Positions 1 to 13,330 are shown, counted from the first letter of the stretch. The stretch is 64,000 bases of DNA from Tubiluchus corallicola (GCA_030141605.1 JAQGDQ010000041.1:124001-188000), one strand, 5' to 3'. Notes: a model not told the origin generated them from the letters alone. A program made the numbers and translations.

Positions 1-239
1 TTCTTTTTTCTATTATATTCTTTCATTTCTTCGCTTTTCCCAAGTGACAGTATCCCAACACCGAAGGAGGAGTTTTTTTCGCGCATAATAGCACCATTAC
101 GCCTACCAGTTATGGAGAGTGTTATTGGCGAAACCGCCGAAAGTCAGTAGCCATTTGGTAACCAGGCCCGTTGATCTTTAACTGCACTGTTTCAGATTTT
201 GTTATCAAAGCATCGACTTAAAGGGTTCAATGGTATATG

Positions 240-280
<41 letters not shown>

Positions 281-300
281 CACCGAAATTAATATATACG

Positions 301-505
301 ACTAGCAAAACCCAGCAAAAAGAATATTGCACGTAAACAAACACAGAACCCACACCACACCACACCACACCCACACCACATCACCCTACCACACCACCCA
401 CCAGTCACCACACCACACAACCACACTACTTACACCGGTCACACCACACCGCCCACACTTGCCACGCGAGGAACTTGTCTATGGGGCCAACAGTGGAACT
501 ACTGA
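301..505 (-). mobile_element. Non-autonomous Helitron-like element with CACAC repeat (copy A, in Xlox intron)
   Basis: The minus-strand end TTTACGTGCAATATTCTTTTTGCTGGGTTTTGCTAG|T has a small hairpin plus CTAG, and is nearly identical to 16896-16931. Confidence 0.6.
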
Positions 506-1249
506 CGTACGGTAAGATCACTCACTGATCAATACAGGCGCATTCTACATAGTGTCCGCAAACTGCTCCTTTTGATCATATTAATAGATAACTTGCCGGA
601 AGCGAAAGCACAATCGCTATGATTATACCCACGCGAACTAAGTTGGCCAACTGCGTAATTACTCATCAACAAAATAGAATGGGTGCCTGATTTAGACATT
701 GTTGAAACCAGAGACGCAAAGTCTCCCATTTCTTGATCTCAAGTTGACTGAATCTCTAGCATCATCGCCTGACACGGACGCCTGGGGCGAGTTCTTGATC
801 CGTGTGCGAACGCAAACAAGTCATTTAGCGAATTATGTTTATGGCTTGTTGCGTTAGAGATTGTGTGGGTAATAAATATTGACAGTCTAAAAAAGAACAT
901 GTAAGTCCTATATTCTTTATTTTCGAACGAATTTACCTAAAAATTCAATCGCTTTTTGCCCTTTGTTATAAACAAAACATTAAAACAACATTACTATTAT
1001 TTCAAAACACTGTCACAACTAGTTATAAATTGATATAAAATTAGACATCAAGCGGTTTTACAAGTTTTTTTGTTGTACAGGCTATACAAACGTTTTTATA
1101 TAGGGGCGGGAGGGAATTGTCTAGGGTTCTAAACGCAGCCTGTTGCAGAACCCTTTATTCGCTTTATTGCAAGAGGACCACGAAATCTTTTGGGGCCATT
1201 TATTCATGGAAATAATAATAATGTGACGATTACGTGACGAATAGGATGC

Positions 1250-1397
1250 TATGATGGTGATAATGACGATGACGATGATGACGACGATGATGATGGAGAG
1301 GATAAACAGCGTTGGTGAGGATGATATGATGACAGCGGTGATGATTATGACTTGACGATGATAGCAATAACGAGGGCATTGACAATAGTGTGATGAC

Positions 1398-1435
<38 letters not shown>

Positions 1436-1449
1436 CGATGACGATGATG
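1250..1449. repeat. (GAT/GAC)n microsatellite
   Basis: Direct reading. Confidence 0.9.
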
Positions 1450-1488
1450 TTTATAATGACAAATTTGTGTATACGTGTATTTCCTTAC

Positions 1489-1822
1489 CTGACCATCCAA
1501 GCTTCCATTCTAAAGCATGAGATCTCGTACGTTTCAACCAAGCAAAGGGAATGAATCCGTGTGCGTTACTTGACTGGTTACATTCTGTAGGTGACCACCG
1601 CATCACCATCGGAGATTCCCCATTTCGCGTTCCCATCCACTCGTACTTTTGGCAGCCTGGCAATTCCTGTGAACTTGTACTTCCAGTCGAATCGTACGCT
1701 TTCCTATCACCAGGTCCCGGAAAAACAGGGAAGTTCTTAGAGTTTTCCTCTAACGAACTTTTCCAAACAAAGGCAGGAATTTTCGCATTTTCATTTGTTA
1801 CGGAGACACTTTTGAGCGCCAT
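1489..1822 (-). CDS. Xlox: Xlox/Pdx (ParaHox) homeobox gene, first coding exon (partial gene; homeobox exon outside window)
   Basis: The ORF from ATG 1822 ends ...GFIPFAWLKRTRSHALEWKLGWS-G, followed by a strong phase-1 donor (TCAG|GTAAGG at 1489/1488). This matches the Xlox/PDX1 exon-1 end FPWMKSTKAHAWKGQWAG in both motif and intron phase. It lies downstream of Gsx in the same orientation. The start codon is uncertain. Confidence 0.8.
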
Positions 1823-3271
1823 TCTAGGCAACAACTCGATGGATAGATTAGGGTTATTCCGAGGAAGTAAATGAAAAAGTACCTACTTAAGCTTGTCAGC
1901 ATAATTGACTCCCAACTCTTTGGTAAGATGTTTGAGTAAATAAATATCTTTACTTAATTTGACAGCTCTTACTTTAATTTAATTTAGGTAAGAGCTAGTA
2001 GCCCGTTATTTTTATGCCGTTCATGTTAAATGCTGGCGTTCATGAGTACCTAAATGTACTACCGTAGGCGTTGTTGTTGCTGTTGTCTTTGCCGTTTGCT
2101 GTTGCTATTATGGTCATTAGTATTATTGATGGCATTATTGTTGTCAATATTGTCATCCTTTGCCGCTGCCATTGTTGTCACCGTACCAGGTAGCAGCATA
2201 GAGCCCTCAGGGGAGAAGTATTGTTACTCCATTTATATTAGCTATCAATACTCTTTGAGCGCCATATCTTTTAAAATAACAATATTTTTAGCAATTAAAA
2301 CTAGATTCTTTGACAGTAAACTGACAACCCAAATGGTTGCTTCTAACAGGTAGTGTGAAGTCAACAGGTTGTTGTTTAGAAGGAGTCATGAATTCATGTA
2401 CGTAGTAATTGACCCTAAAATGTGGGAATACCAATAATTTCGAGGAACAGACGGGCACTTAATCAGTACTTGAGCAGATTTTTCACCGTTAATTTCCCGT
2501 TAAAGCACACACATGTAGTACTCGCATACGTGAAAAGCAAAAGCAATGTTTGTTCCATGTAGCTATTGCCATCTACCGTGCAGAAACGTAAAGTAACTGC
2601 AAATATTGTATTTTTCAACTACTATAGTGAAACTCTTTATGAAGCAATGTTGGTTTTGTTAATTTGTAAATAACTTGGCTCAACCAACAACTAGTCACTC
2701 TGACACGTGTCTGATAAATATAATATTTTCTAAAATTCTGTGAGTAGTACATTTATTGCTTATCATCTAATCTTTCTATAAGAAATTATAAACATTGTAT
2801 ACTATAATTAAACAATATTTACTTTTACATCACAAGAACTGTATTGATTTTTCAAATGACAGGTATCTTTTACTATAAAAACTAAAATTTTAAAGTGATG
2901 GTATTTGACCTTGGCTTTATTAATCGGCATTCTACATTTCTGTTGTCAATCCGTCAAGAAAAACTAGATGGTGCTGCTGCCATCTATTGAGTAGTTAGAC
3001 AATTACTTGTACAGAAATATTTCTGTGATTTACTGTAATGTGATTACATAGTTTGGTGACTAACTGACTGCAAAACGCTAGGAAGGAAAAAAAGAAGCAA
3101 TGCAGTTCTAATTTCATTATTAGTATTCGTATGTACTACAGATTTGTGTAACTGCCACAACGTTTTCTTGGACTTTGAAGACTTTCAATGAAAACTTATG
3201 CCCACCTTTATCGTATGCAATATAATTTATAAAATTATAAAAACTGTTTATATACTTGTTTAAAAACAATG

Positions 3272-3325
<54 letters not shown>
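3272..3325. repeat. (CT)n microsatellite
   Basis: Direct reading. Confidence 0.95.
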
Positions 3326-3327
<2 letters not shown>

Positions 3328-4465
3328 ATAATGTCTGATTGCTTTTTTGCTTATCCGCTCGATCTGTATTTGATAGGAAATTAGTTCATTTTCGCGCACA
3401 AGTTAAATTTTCAGTTAATGTTTAATCAACACTGATGTACCGAGTATCATTAAAACCCAGAATCAGATTAACCTTAATTAACATTTTATGTACAGTGCAA
3501 TTATGAAAACTATTAACACACAACTAGTTGTTAAATTATTATTATTGAGCTTAATGTTATGCCTACGACGGTTGTTACAGTCAACATGACAAAGAAAAAT
3601 CCGAGGGCCATTATAGTAATTAAACACAGCGACTTCTAATTGTCTGAGACATTGAAACTAGCCTCCCTGTAAAATTTAATAAGAAACATCGGTTGTTTTA
3701 AGACAGAAAATAAAATATTCAATTTAACAGCACAATATCGTTCCGACGTCCGGTTGAGTTTTCGGATTTTTCCTTATATCAACTGATCAGCTTGTTAAGT
3801 GGCTTTTCCCTCATTTTTATTCAAGATTAACGCTTCGCTTTACATTGAAAATCAACTCTAATTGACGATAATTAGCCAAAAAGTCGAAGTTTATCGATAA
3901 TACAATCGACGTAATGATGTTTAGGTCAGCATCCGGCCGTGGGCTTTGTCAGGCAAGGAGACGATTTTTGGCAAAATGGTGAAAAACACGCACTCTTGTG
4001 AGAAACGAGGGAAATTGTGAAATGACGCTTGATTTTTGCATGCAGCAATCTTTATTCACAGCTGGGCGTTTATGATTATAAGGTATTTCCAATGACTAAC
4101 AGGCTTTTGAAAACCTCTTGATGTGATAACTGATATGGGGAGGAATTATTAAAAATCGGCAGGCATAAACAGATCGGTACCTAACGTGTAACGGATCAGA
4201 TGTTGAGGTGTCCAACCCCGGATGGGGGGTCAGGAGAACAAATTCCCGCGAGGTCAACGGGAAGGTGATCAACTGTTTTCTGTACGTTCACTAGATCGAC
4301 TTACCAGATATTGACTTAACGGCGATTGCTTATTGCATAGCTGAGTAATTTAGCAGAGTTGAATAGGTTATTGCGGACCTTTGTGACAGCTTTTGCTCAC
4401 TCTCTTTTCTCGCTGTGTATCTAACTGTTTATCCATCTAACTATCTGCTTGCCTGTCTGTCTGTT

Positions 4466-4490
4466 TCTCTCTCTCTCTCTCTCTCTCACA

Positions 4491-4534
<44 letters not shown>

Positions 4535-4545
4535 CTCTCTCTCTC
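4466..4545. repeat. (CT)n microsatellite
   Basis: Direct reading. Confidence 0.95.
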
Positions 4546-6504
4546 TTTTGTGTCCTCTTTTCCGCTTCTATTGTGTTTCGTCAAATTTTGCGTGAGAACC
4601 CTTGACGGAGCTCGGCTTTTCTTTTCTAATTCATATCTTTTAGATATTAAACTTAAATTAGCTGGTAACATGATAGTAAAATAAGAGCCTATCAAGTTAT
4701 CAACATTTTGGTCCGCTTATTAAAGTATCAGCATCCGTTTGATTGTGCAACATTAATAAGCTAAAGGGATAAAGCAGACAGGATTTCTCTGATAAAGTGC
4801 AGTAATCACACGAATTAATACATTATATGAGAATAATAATAACAATGATATCGGCGTATCAACATTGTCACTAAAGTTCGCATAGATTTGCGGAAATCTT
4901 TGCCACCTGCCTTAGGGAATAGTCAGATTAAAATGGGACATCCGGTAACGGCGCTGGCAACGGCAAAATGATAACTGGTTTCAGTGGATTTGTCAATCAG
5001 GTAAATATTTTATGCTATGCCTGGAACTTTGGGGGAAATTCTCTTAGTATCAAAACTCTTAGTAAGTTATTGTATAATTGTGTTAAAATAATTTTAGCAT
5101 AATAAAATTGCTCCCCCCAGGCTTGCCGTTATCTTCGCATGTAATCATATTTTTTCAATTGTATAGCTGAATTGTTAGCGTGTTATCCAGCCTTCCACAA
5201 AACTAAGCTTAATAAGCTTTATAGGCCTAGTCCAGGACTTTAATTAATGAGTTCAGAATTTTACGGTTAAAATAAAAACAGTTTTGTGATGTGAGAAAAT
5301 ATTTCATGCTGGTACTGTCTGCATAAGGCGCGTGACCTGCTCATTATGTCATTAACGGCAATTAACGAATTATACGGCTTTCAAAAAGAGATGCACATTT
5401 TTATGACACTATATTTAACCCCTATAATTACAAAAACGTTTATCACCTAAAAGACCTTTACAAGCTTCAACTTTTAATACCTATTGTAATTTCTTTGTTT
5501 TACTTACAACATTTTATTTTAAATATTTGCTCTAAATAAGAAACAAAAGTCAAATTGCTATTGTAGAAAAATACAGCGGATGTCTGATATTCAGACAGTT
5601 TCATTTTTACGATTTGTTCACATAACTGTTTGGACTTTTCTTTTGAATAACAACTTTACCTTTTTACTTAAATCGATTTTCTCATTCGATTACCTTTTTA
5701 TTTTAAAAACAAGAGACTTTGAAATATTTTGAAATGTTTAAAGACATGCATAACGTTTCGTCGTTCGTTCAATGCCTTACAATAAAATTTCAATTCAGAC
5801 CTTAAAGATTTTTGAAAGCACCAAACCATCATATCGCGCCAGAAAGCCTATATTGTACTTGTAGACCTGCTATTTAAATATTTTTTTATTAATTGTTTAA
5901 TAAGTAAACCTGGAGGTCTACTGTCTACATAACATTGTTTACTTGCGGATTATTTGATTTAAGTTTAAGAAGTTCATCGTTTAAGAACGTTAGAAAACTA
6001 CGCGTCATAAAATCTGCTGCGACAACGAATTATTTTAATTAAGATTCCAGCAGCTGAATCCCCCACCACGTCGCGCGGCAACTGTAATACTGGGTGGTAC
6101 CAAATTTGGACATTATCAACGTGTGTGTACAGGTTAGAGGTGGAAACTGACTTCATTACCGTATATCACAATGGCAAACAATAACCCATTGTGGACGGAG
6201 GGACGAATGCATATGGCATGAGTAAGCTAACACGTTACATTAGCAAAAGACAAATGTTTTGTAAAATTGGAGAGCTTTGGTGTAATTGCGTGTAAGCACA
6301 ATGGTAGGTAGTTCAGGAAAACCTGGTCACGCTGATCTCACAAGAAACCGCTTTACTTTCAACTTGCCGATTCAATTACATCGATTCAGAAACTGGTGAT
6401 GAACAATTAACAAAATTCAGCCACAGCAAAGGACTAATAACCAATTAAATCAAATTTGCTGCTTAATAAATGTGCAAGTTAACTGCTAACTGATATAGTT
6501 ACAA

Positions 6505-6845
6505 GTTTGATTTATTTGTTTATTTATTTAATCATTTATTTATAAAAAAATAAATTTTATTTTTTATTTATTTATTTATGTATTTATTTAGGCATTTGTT
6601 TGTTTATTTATTTCTTTATTTATCTATTTATTTATTTTGTTATTTACCTTTTCATTTATTCCCTCACTCAGTTCATCTATTCACCTCATCCATCAGTTCA
6701 TTCCTTCGTGCATTTTTTCATTTATTAATTATTTATTTGTTTGTTTACTCGTTTATTTGCTTATTCAATTTAGGTATTAATTTATTTAATAATTATTCGT
6801 TTACTCATTCTTTCGTTCTCCTATCCATTCAATTATTTATTCACT
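6505..6845. repeat. Degenerate (TTTA/TTCA)n low-complexity tract
   Basis: Direct reading. Confidence 0.8.
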
Positions 6846-7298
6846 ATAAAAATTACAAATCAAAGAAACAGATTTCCGTGACTCTCTTAGTAATAAAATT
6901 GTGTTAGTACGATTTGTTAAACAGACAACATCACTGTTACGTGCCAGTTAACGATTCAAACAAAAAATGATTATTTGAACTCTAATAACAAATGAAAGAA
7001 ACATATTATCCTTGAATATGATAATCACTAAGGTGAAAATCTAGAGATTCAAATTAATTTAAAATCACGGTAGGGAGCTCTACCGATCAAGTGGCTAGAT
7101 AAGACCATTATTAGCATGTGTAATTAACTTTTCATCTGATCAGCCGATCAAGTGTCACAGAGGCCGCTATCTGATCAAAATCAACTTAGCGGGAAGCTAC
7201 GGAAAGAACAGGATTAAACTGAAAGGTGTTAAAGGGGTATAGGCATATATACACAGCCACTAGCCGAGTACATGAAATGTGCGATAAAAGCGAGCAGA

Positions 7299-7409
<111 letters not shown>

Positions 7410-9042
7410 AGCGAAGCACGTTTTGGCAAAAGGAAAAATAAAGTAGACGCTGTTACAAAGCAATAATATTCCAATGTTCATTGAAAATAATAATCAGCAA
7501 TAGTATTTCGAATTACATTAAAAATGTACACTGAATACCGAAATCCTAAACAAAAAATGCTACAAAAGTAAGCATGGTATTTCAAAGTACTTCAGTTTAT
7601 GTGACTTCAGTTTATGTACTACATTAGATTTCAGTACTTCACTAGAGTTTATGCAGCATCACAATAACGACAAGTTTTGACCAATAAAAATATTCAACAA
7701 AGTTGTCTTTAGCGCTTTTTGCATATGTTTCGGCCCAAACAAACCACACATTACCCCCAAATTATTATTCTTTACGTTCAAGTGAAACAAGACAACTATA
7801 AGTAACCAGATTAGTAATGGAAAGTCAAAAGTATGTTAGGAAATGGTAGAGCTGAAGTATGAAGACTACAGCGAATTTCAAATTTAAAATGTTGCACCGA
7901 TAAGGGCGTCTGCGCACCCTCAACCTCCTCCAGGAAACTCAGAAAAGCCTTTTAAGGAAGCCAGTAAGATGTAATCGCTTCTTCTCCTACAATATTGACA
8001 CAGGTTTTGATACAGAAAATGATGTTATCTCCAGTCGGAAAATCACAATGTATGTATTTAGTATGATTACCTGGTATAAAGTTTGTTTGGCATGCTTTGC
8101 AAACACTAGCCAATGCTACGAGAAAAAGTCGCTTGGGGTGACCAGATCCAGTACAAGAGTCGCCGCGAAAAGCGCAACCTACTGATAAGAAAAAGAAACT
8201 TACAAGTAAAAATGTATTATAACGATGTAAATGCAAATGTAAATGTATTAAAGGTAATGAAAATTCAACAAACAATTTAAAACATATTTACGTAATTTTT
8301 CATAACTGAAATCAGTAAAGGAAAACACCAGTTGTAAATTCGAACCTGTCCTTGACTGGGAATATCCTTATTAACACGTGATTTAATCTTCGATCAAGGG
8401 CGCGCAAAATATAAGTAAATAAACGCTTAAACAAAGCAGGCATGCTTAAGACAAAAGCTGCAGACGCCATGGCACCTGTATCACGTGACAAGTCACGTGT
8501 CGGCTCTTCACAAATGTTAGATTCGTAAATGTTAGATATTAGTTCTCACCGTAGGCCGGTGCAATTTTCAAATAAACGTGACATTTGTAATTCGAGTCAC
8601 GGTCCGAAGATTTGAGCTCAAGTGCCCTTTCAGTTCTCTCGGCAAAATGGTCAAGCTTGCATGCATATATGCTTGGTTTGTCCTGAAAAAAGAACGAGTT
8701 ACCATCTGCCGCAGTGCTTAAAAAAGCTCATTAAGCTGCCTTTGTGGTTAGCCGGTGAAAGCTGAACACCTTTTTTGTTCAAACAGCTTGGCTCATTAAA
8801 AACCATATTTCCTGCATATTTAAAACTTCGAGTTACTTATGGACTTCTGTATAAACAATATTGGATGTTATTTTTCTAATTGTATAGAAATTAGTTCATT
8901 GGAATACATTGATAATGGGTTAAAGATCAATAGTACTGAATAATTCATGTATGCGGCTGACCCTAGTGGAAATGATAGTGCTTTTTGTGCAACAAGTAAG
9001 CATTATTTAATGAAAAAATAAATAAGTAATTCGAGTAATGAC

Positions 9043-9521
9043 TGAATGCATGAATGCATGAATGAATGAATGAATAAATAAATAAATAAATGAGTGAAAA
9101 AATTAATCAATCAATCAACGAACGAATGAATAAATGACTGAATGAATGAATGAATGAATGAATGAATGAATGAATGAATGAATGAATGAATGAATGAATG
9201 AATGAATGAATGAATGAATGAATGAATGAATGAATGAATGAATGAATGAATGAATGAATGAATGAATGAATGAATGAATGAATGAATGAAGAAAGGAAAT
9301 TGAATGAATGAATGAAGGAAGGACTGAATGAATGAATGAATACTGACTGACTGACTGACTAACTGACTGAATGACTGACTGAATGAATGAATGAATGAAT
9401 GAATGAATGAATGAATGAATGAATGAATGAATGAATGAATGAATGAATGAATGAATGAATGAATGAATGAATGAATGAATGAATGAATGAATGAATGAAT
9501 GAATGAATGAATGAATGAATG
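9043..9521. repeat. (GAAT)n microsatellite
   Basis: Direct reading. Confidence 0.95.
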
Positions 9522-10530
9522 AAGAAAGGAAGATAGAAGTGAAGGAAAAATTGATAACAAAGAAAGGATAATAGAGACAAACAGGGATAAAAAAGAGAGA
9601 AAAAATAATTAAATTTGAACAGGCGACCCTTTTACGTATGATGTCAAAGCAAAGAAACTAGTAAAAAGATCTATTATTAACAATATGAATAACTAAAAAA
9701 TTAGACTACACAAATAAGAAGATGAATAAAAAGAGGTAAACAAAACGTACAACGTAGATTATTGGACCAAGTGACTATTAATGATTAAATACTTCTAAAA
9801 GTAAAAAATAAACAAGTGGAAAATTAATAAGATGCAAATGATCAAAAATGAACTAAAATTCACTCTGTCTCAATTTTCTGTCATTCCAAGTTTACCCTTC
9901 TGTAGACTACGTCGCTAATGACCTCTGCCAAGGAGAAGATAAGGGCATAGTTTAGAGGAAAAACAGATTTAATACAAGCCAACCCTTGAATCCATTTAGA
10001 GGCTTTTATCGGGAACCATTCAGATGCATTTCACCAGTCGCTTTTAAACTGTGCCTTAACAATATGAGCAACCTAAATATGAATGTTTTATGGAGGCGTA
10101 TTGATAATTTTCATAAATATTTAATGATATTATCTCGTTTTACAAAAGCTAATGTATCTTGCAATGTGAATGGGCAATCAAAGTAAATTGTATATGCCTA
10201 GATATAACTGCTGGTCAAAGGGCAACACTAAGCTAAGTAATTTCGTCCATATCTATTTGATGAATTCTGAATGGAGTAGTGGTTTATCCTACGCTGTTAT
10301 TGTGAAACATTTATAGCTAAACTAATAGGTGTCATTGTAGCAGCTGGATCAAGTAATGGAGGACAAAAAACCCATTTAGAGGTTTAATGTTGTTAGTAAG
10401 CTTTTAGCTGTAACGTGAGAAGAGTTTTGCCGACAAAAAAGCTTTGAAATTTCATTTAAAAGGTCTTTGTATTACCCGACCTTTAAAATAGAAAAAAAGC
10501 TAAATTTTTTGCCTGCTTTCTTACCATGTC

Positions 10531-10740
10531 TATCTGTCTAGCTAATAACTAACTAGTCAGCTAACTAACCAACAAACCAGCCAACCATGCAAGTAACTAA
10601 CCAACTGACTGACTGACTGACTAACCGACCGACCGACCGACCAACTGACTGACTGATTGACTGACTAGTTAACTAATAACCAAACTGCTGACTAAGTAAC
10701 TAATTACTAACCAACCAATCAACTAATCCGGCAATCAAAC
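10531..10740. repeat. Compound tetranucleotide repeat (CTAA/CCAA/CTGA/CCGA)
   Basis: Direct reading. Confidence 0.85.
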
Positions 10741-12531
10741 GGCCGACAAACCAATGAACAGACCCACCTATTACAAACTACGTAGTGCGATCTACCTACC
10801 TAGCCATTAACCTAGCTAACTAACTGCATAATAAATAAATCGTTTCTTACATTCCTAAAACTTTTCGTCGTTTCTCCTCTAGGCATTGCATGCACAAAAT
10901 TTCAGTCGCATTCACAAGCAGCCTATCTGTCGCATGCACGCATAGCATCTCAGTCGCACGCACAAGCACTATTAATGTAATTAAATTAGCTTATTATCTT
11001 CACAAGCGGTTTCCAGCCAATACAATATGCCAGCGCAAATAGAAAGGTTTTATACAAGCAGTTTAGTTGTACATAATTTATCAGTTCTGTAATAGAAATT
11101 GATTTGCGGTGTTTAAAATTCTGTCCTATGTAAATTTGCGCCTGCTTCCCGTTTATTATTTATCCGATTATTAATAGAAGCTGCAGTGCAGCTAGCATCT
11201 CGGGCGTTGCTAAGATATATCTGAGACGACACGGTTAATATTATCATTATTATTGTACCTGTATGTTTATGAGAACTCGAATATAACACCGTAAAAATTA
11301 TAAGTGCTGACATAAGTAAAATGTCGTTCTTCAACATTTTAAGTGATAAGGTTAAAAAGCATTTATTCTGTATAAGTTCTAGTGTGAGTTAAAAGTGTCA
11401 GTTAAATATATTAATACACTACAAATCTGTTAAGAAGCGCGCTATATTGCAAAACACCACAAGCAGTTAAGACGCCTGACTTTATGCGACATCTAGCGAT
11501 GAGCAATTAGCATAATTTCTTATTGCTGCATCTATGATCGAGGAAAACATAAAAGGAATATGATTTTGTATCATTTCCATTAATTAGTTGCTGATGATTA
11601 CATATTAGTTTAAGAACGTGACTAACGGCTGGCGAGCGACGTCACACCTGGGGAAAACTTCTAATTGGAAAGCCCTTCTATAAGCATTTTGCAAAAGTCA
11701 AATTTGAAACACGGCACCGCTTTGAGACAGCGACAATAACCACAAAAACTCGGCAAAAATAAGATCACAACTTCAAATTTTGAGTTTATTGTTCAGACTA
11801 ATACGTTACTTGGCGAAGGTGCCCTTAACGTCACGCTGCGTAAATTGAATGTGTTCTGCTCATCACTTACAACGTATTTTCTGTGTAGGGCATTATCAGA
11901 TGCTGGCGATATTAGCCATCTAAATATGGACCGTCCGTCGCCGCCGAAAACAGGCGACACCAAAAAACCAACTAAATTAAGCTACCACAGTAACAATATC
12001 TTAACGTAAACGTTCTTTCACAATGCTGCTTGTTTTTCAATATTTTATGCCATAGATTATTTTTAGCTACGGCCTGCATCAGGTACTGTTTTCCGTTAAC
12101 CAAATTTTGGACCGTTTGTGGTACTATTTCATGAATTAAATGCAGGCACAAGTACTCGAAGTAAAAACAGCATGACCGTAAGTGACCGTGTCTTGGTGAG
12201 ATAATTTCCTCGCTTAAACACCAGAGCAAATCACTATATGCGTGTGATTCGAACTAGCGATCTTTTGAATACTGACCACACAAATACTTAAACGGTTAAG
12301 CCAATGGATTTGAAAAATCACTATAATCGCAGTTTCCTGGAAGCAAGCAGTATACTGTATAGTTGTTGCATTGAAAGTTTTGTTAGTGTAAATTTCTCTC
12401 TTTGGCAACTGCAACTGAATGGACTGTGTTTAAATAAACAAAGCGAATAGGCACGATTCCCAGCAGCACTAGGTCCTTCAAACAATGGGAGAAATTCACG
12501 TGCATAAAACTGCGCGCACACTAGCAAGTTA

Positions 12532-12700
12532 GGCCCATTCCACAGTGAGGACGAGCGGCAAAATTCATCGTGCACTTTTTCGTGAGGAATTCTGCCGCCA
12601 GCTAGAAGACTTCTATGCGTCCTCCTCGTGAGGAATTTTGCCGCATGCTAGAAATACTGAATGTTCCATTTTCGTGACGAATCCTCGCGGAATTCAGTCT
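12532..12700. mobile_element. PIF/Harbinger-like MITE fragment
   Basis: TTA followed by GGCCCATTCCACAGTG, with internal ~46-bp repeats CGTGAGGAATT(C/T)TGCCGC..GCTAGAA and one inverted copy. The second terminus was not found. Confidence 0.45.
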
Positions 12701-13067
12701 TAAATTTAACTCCTGGACTACTTCTTTCTTATTTAACGAACAGCAATTAACACACTTCAGCACAAAATTATAATATTTAGTCTCTCTTTTAACAGACTGA
12801 CGATTTTATGTTTTACTAATTCAACATCGATGGCTATATTCGTGAAAAAGAAAAATAACGCACGCTTATATTTATTTTATATGTGTATATTTCCAGATTT
12901 TGAAGTGGTTAGTAGGACTTTACTAAAGAAAAAACAAACAAGCAAACAGGTCTGACATTACATTGACTAACATTGTTAATGATACCTTGTAATAATTGTA
13001 TATTATAACGGCAAGTATAACTTAATTTAGACATGATTATACAGTATAAAACTTACAAAGTAGCTGC

Positions 13068-13330
13068 AACTATCTGGACGCGCGGAAAACCGCGCGGTTT
13101 CACTGTGAAATGAACTTTCTTGTTGCATGGGATTTCGAGAAAAAATCGGAAATTTTCCAAATATTTTCTGATTTTCTGACAGCAATTCCTTGCGTCATTT
13201 TCCTTGCCTCCTCGGTGTGAAATGGGCCTTGCTCTTGCGACTGAATCTGTCGAATCTGCGGTCCAAACAATAAGGCAACATTTTACATTTACCCTCATAC
13301 AAAAACATTAACTGAGACACTTCGGCTAGT
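13068..13330 (-). mobile_element. Helitron-like fragment
   Basis: GC-rich hairpin CGCGCGG-AAAA-CCGCGCG a few bases from a CTAG-like end (ATAG|T on minus). Confidence 0.4.

Noticed and set aside
690-730. Minus-strand LWFQ as the missing Xlox homeobox
   Set aside because: It reads RLWFQQCLN, lacks the invariant N51/R53, shows no helix 1-2 similarity and has nearby stops.
1551-1874. 107-aa plus-strand ORF
   Set aside because: Antisense shadow of the Xlox exon with no recognisable motif.
4251-4268. AGGTCA..AGGTGA as a retinoic acid response element
   Set aside because: The spacer is 6 nt, not DR1/2/5.
12570-12700. CRISPR-like repeat-spacer pattern
   Set aside because: Only 2-3 degenerate units, eukaryotic context, no cas genes; it fits a MITE interior.
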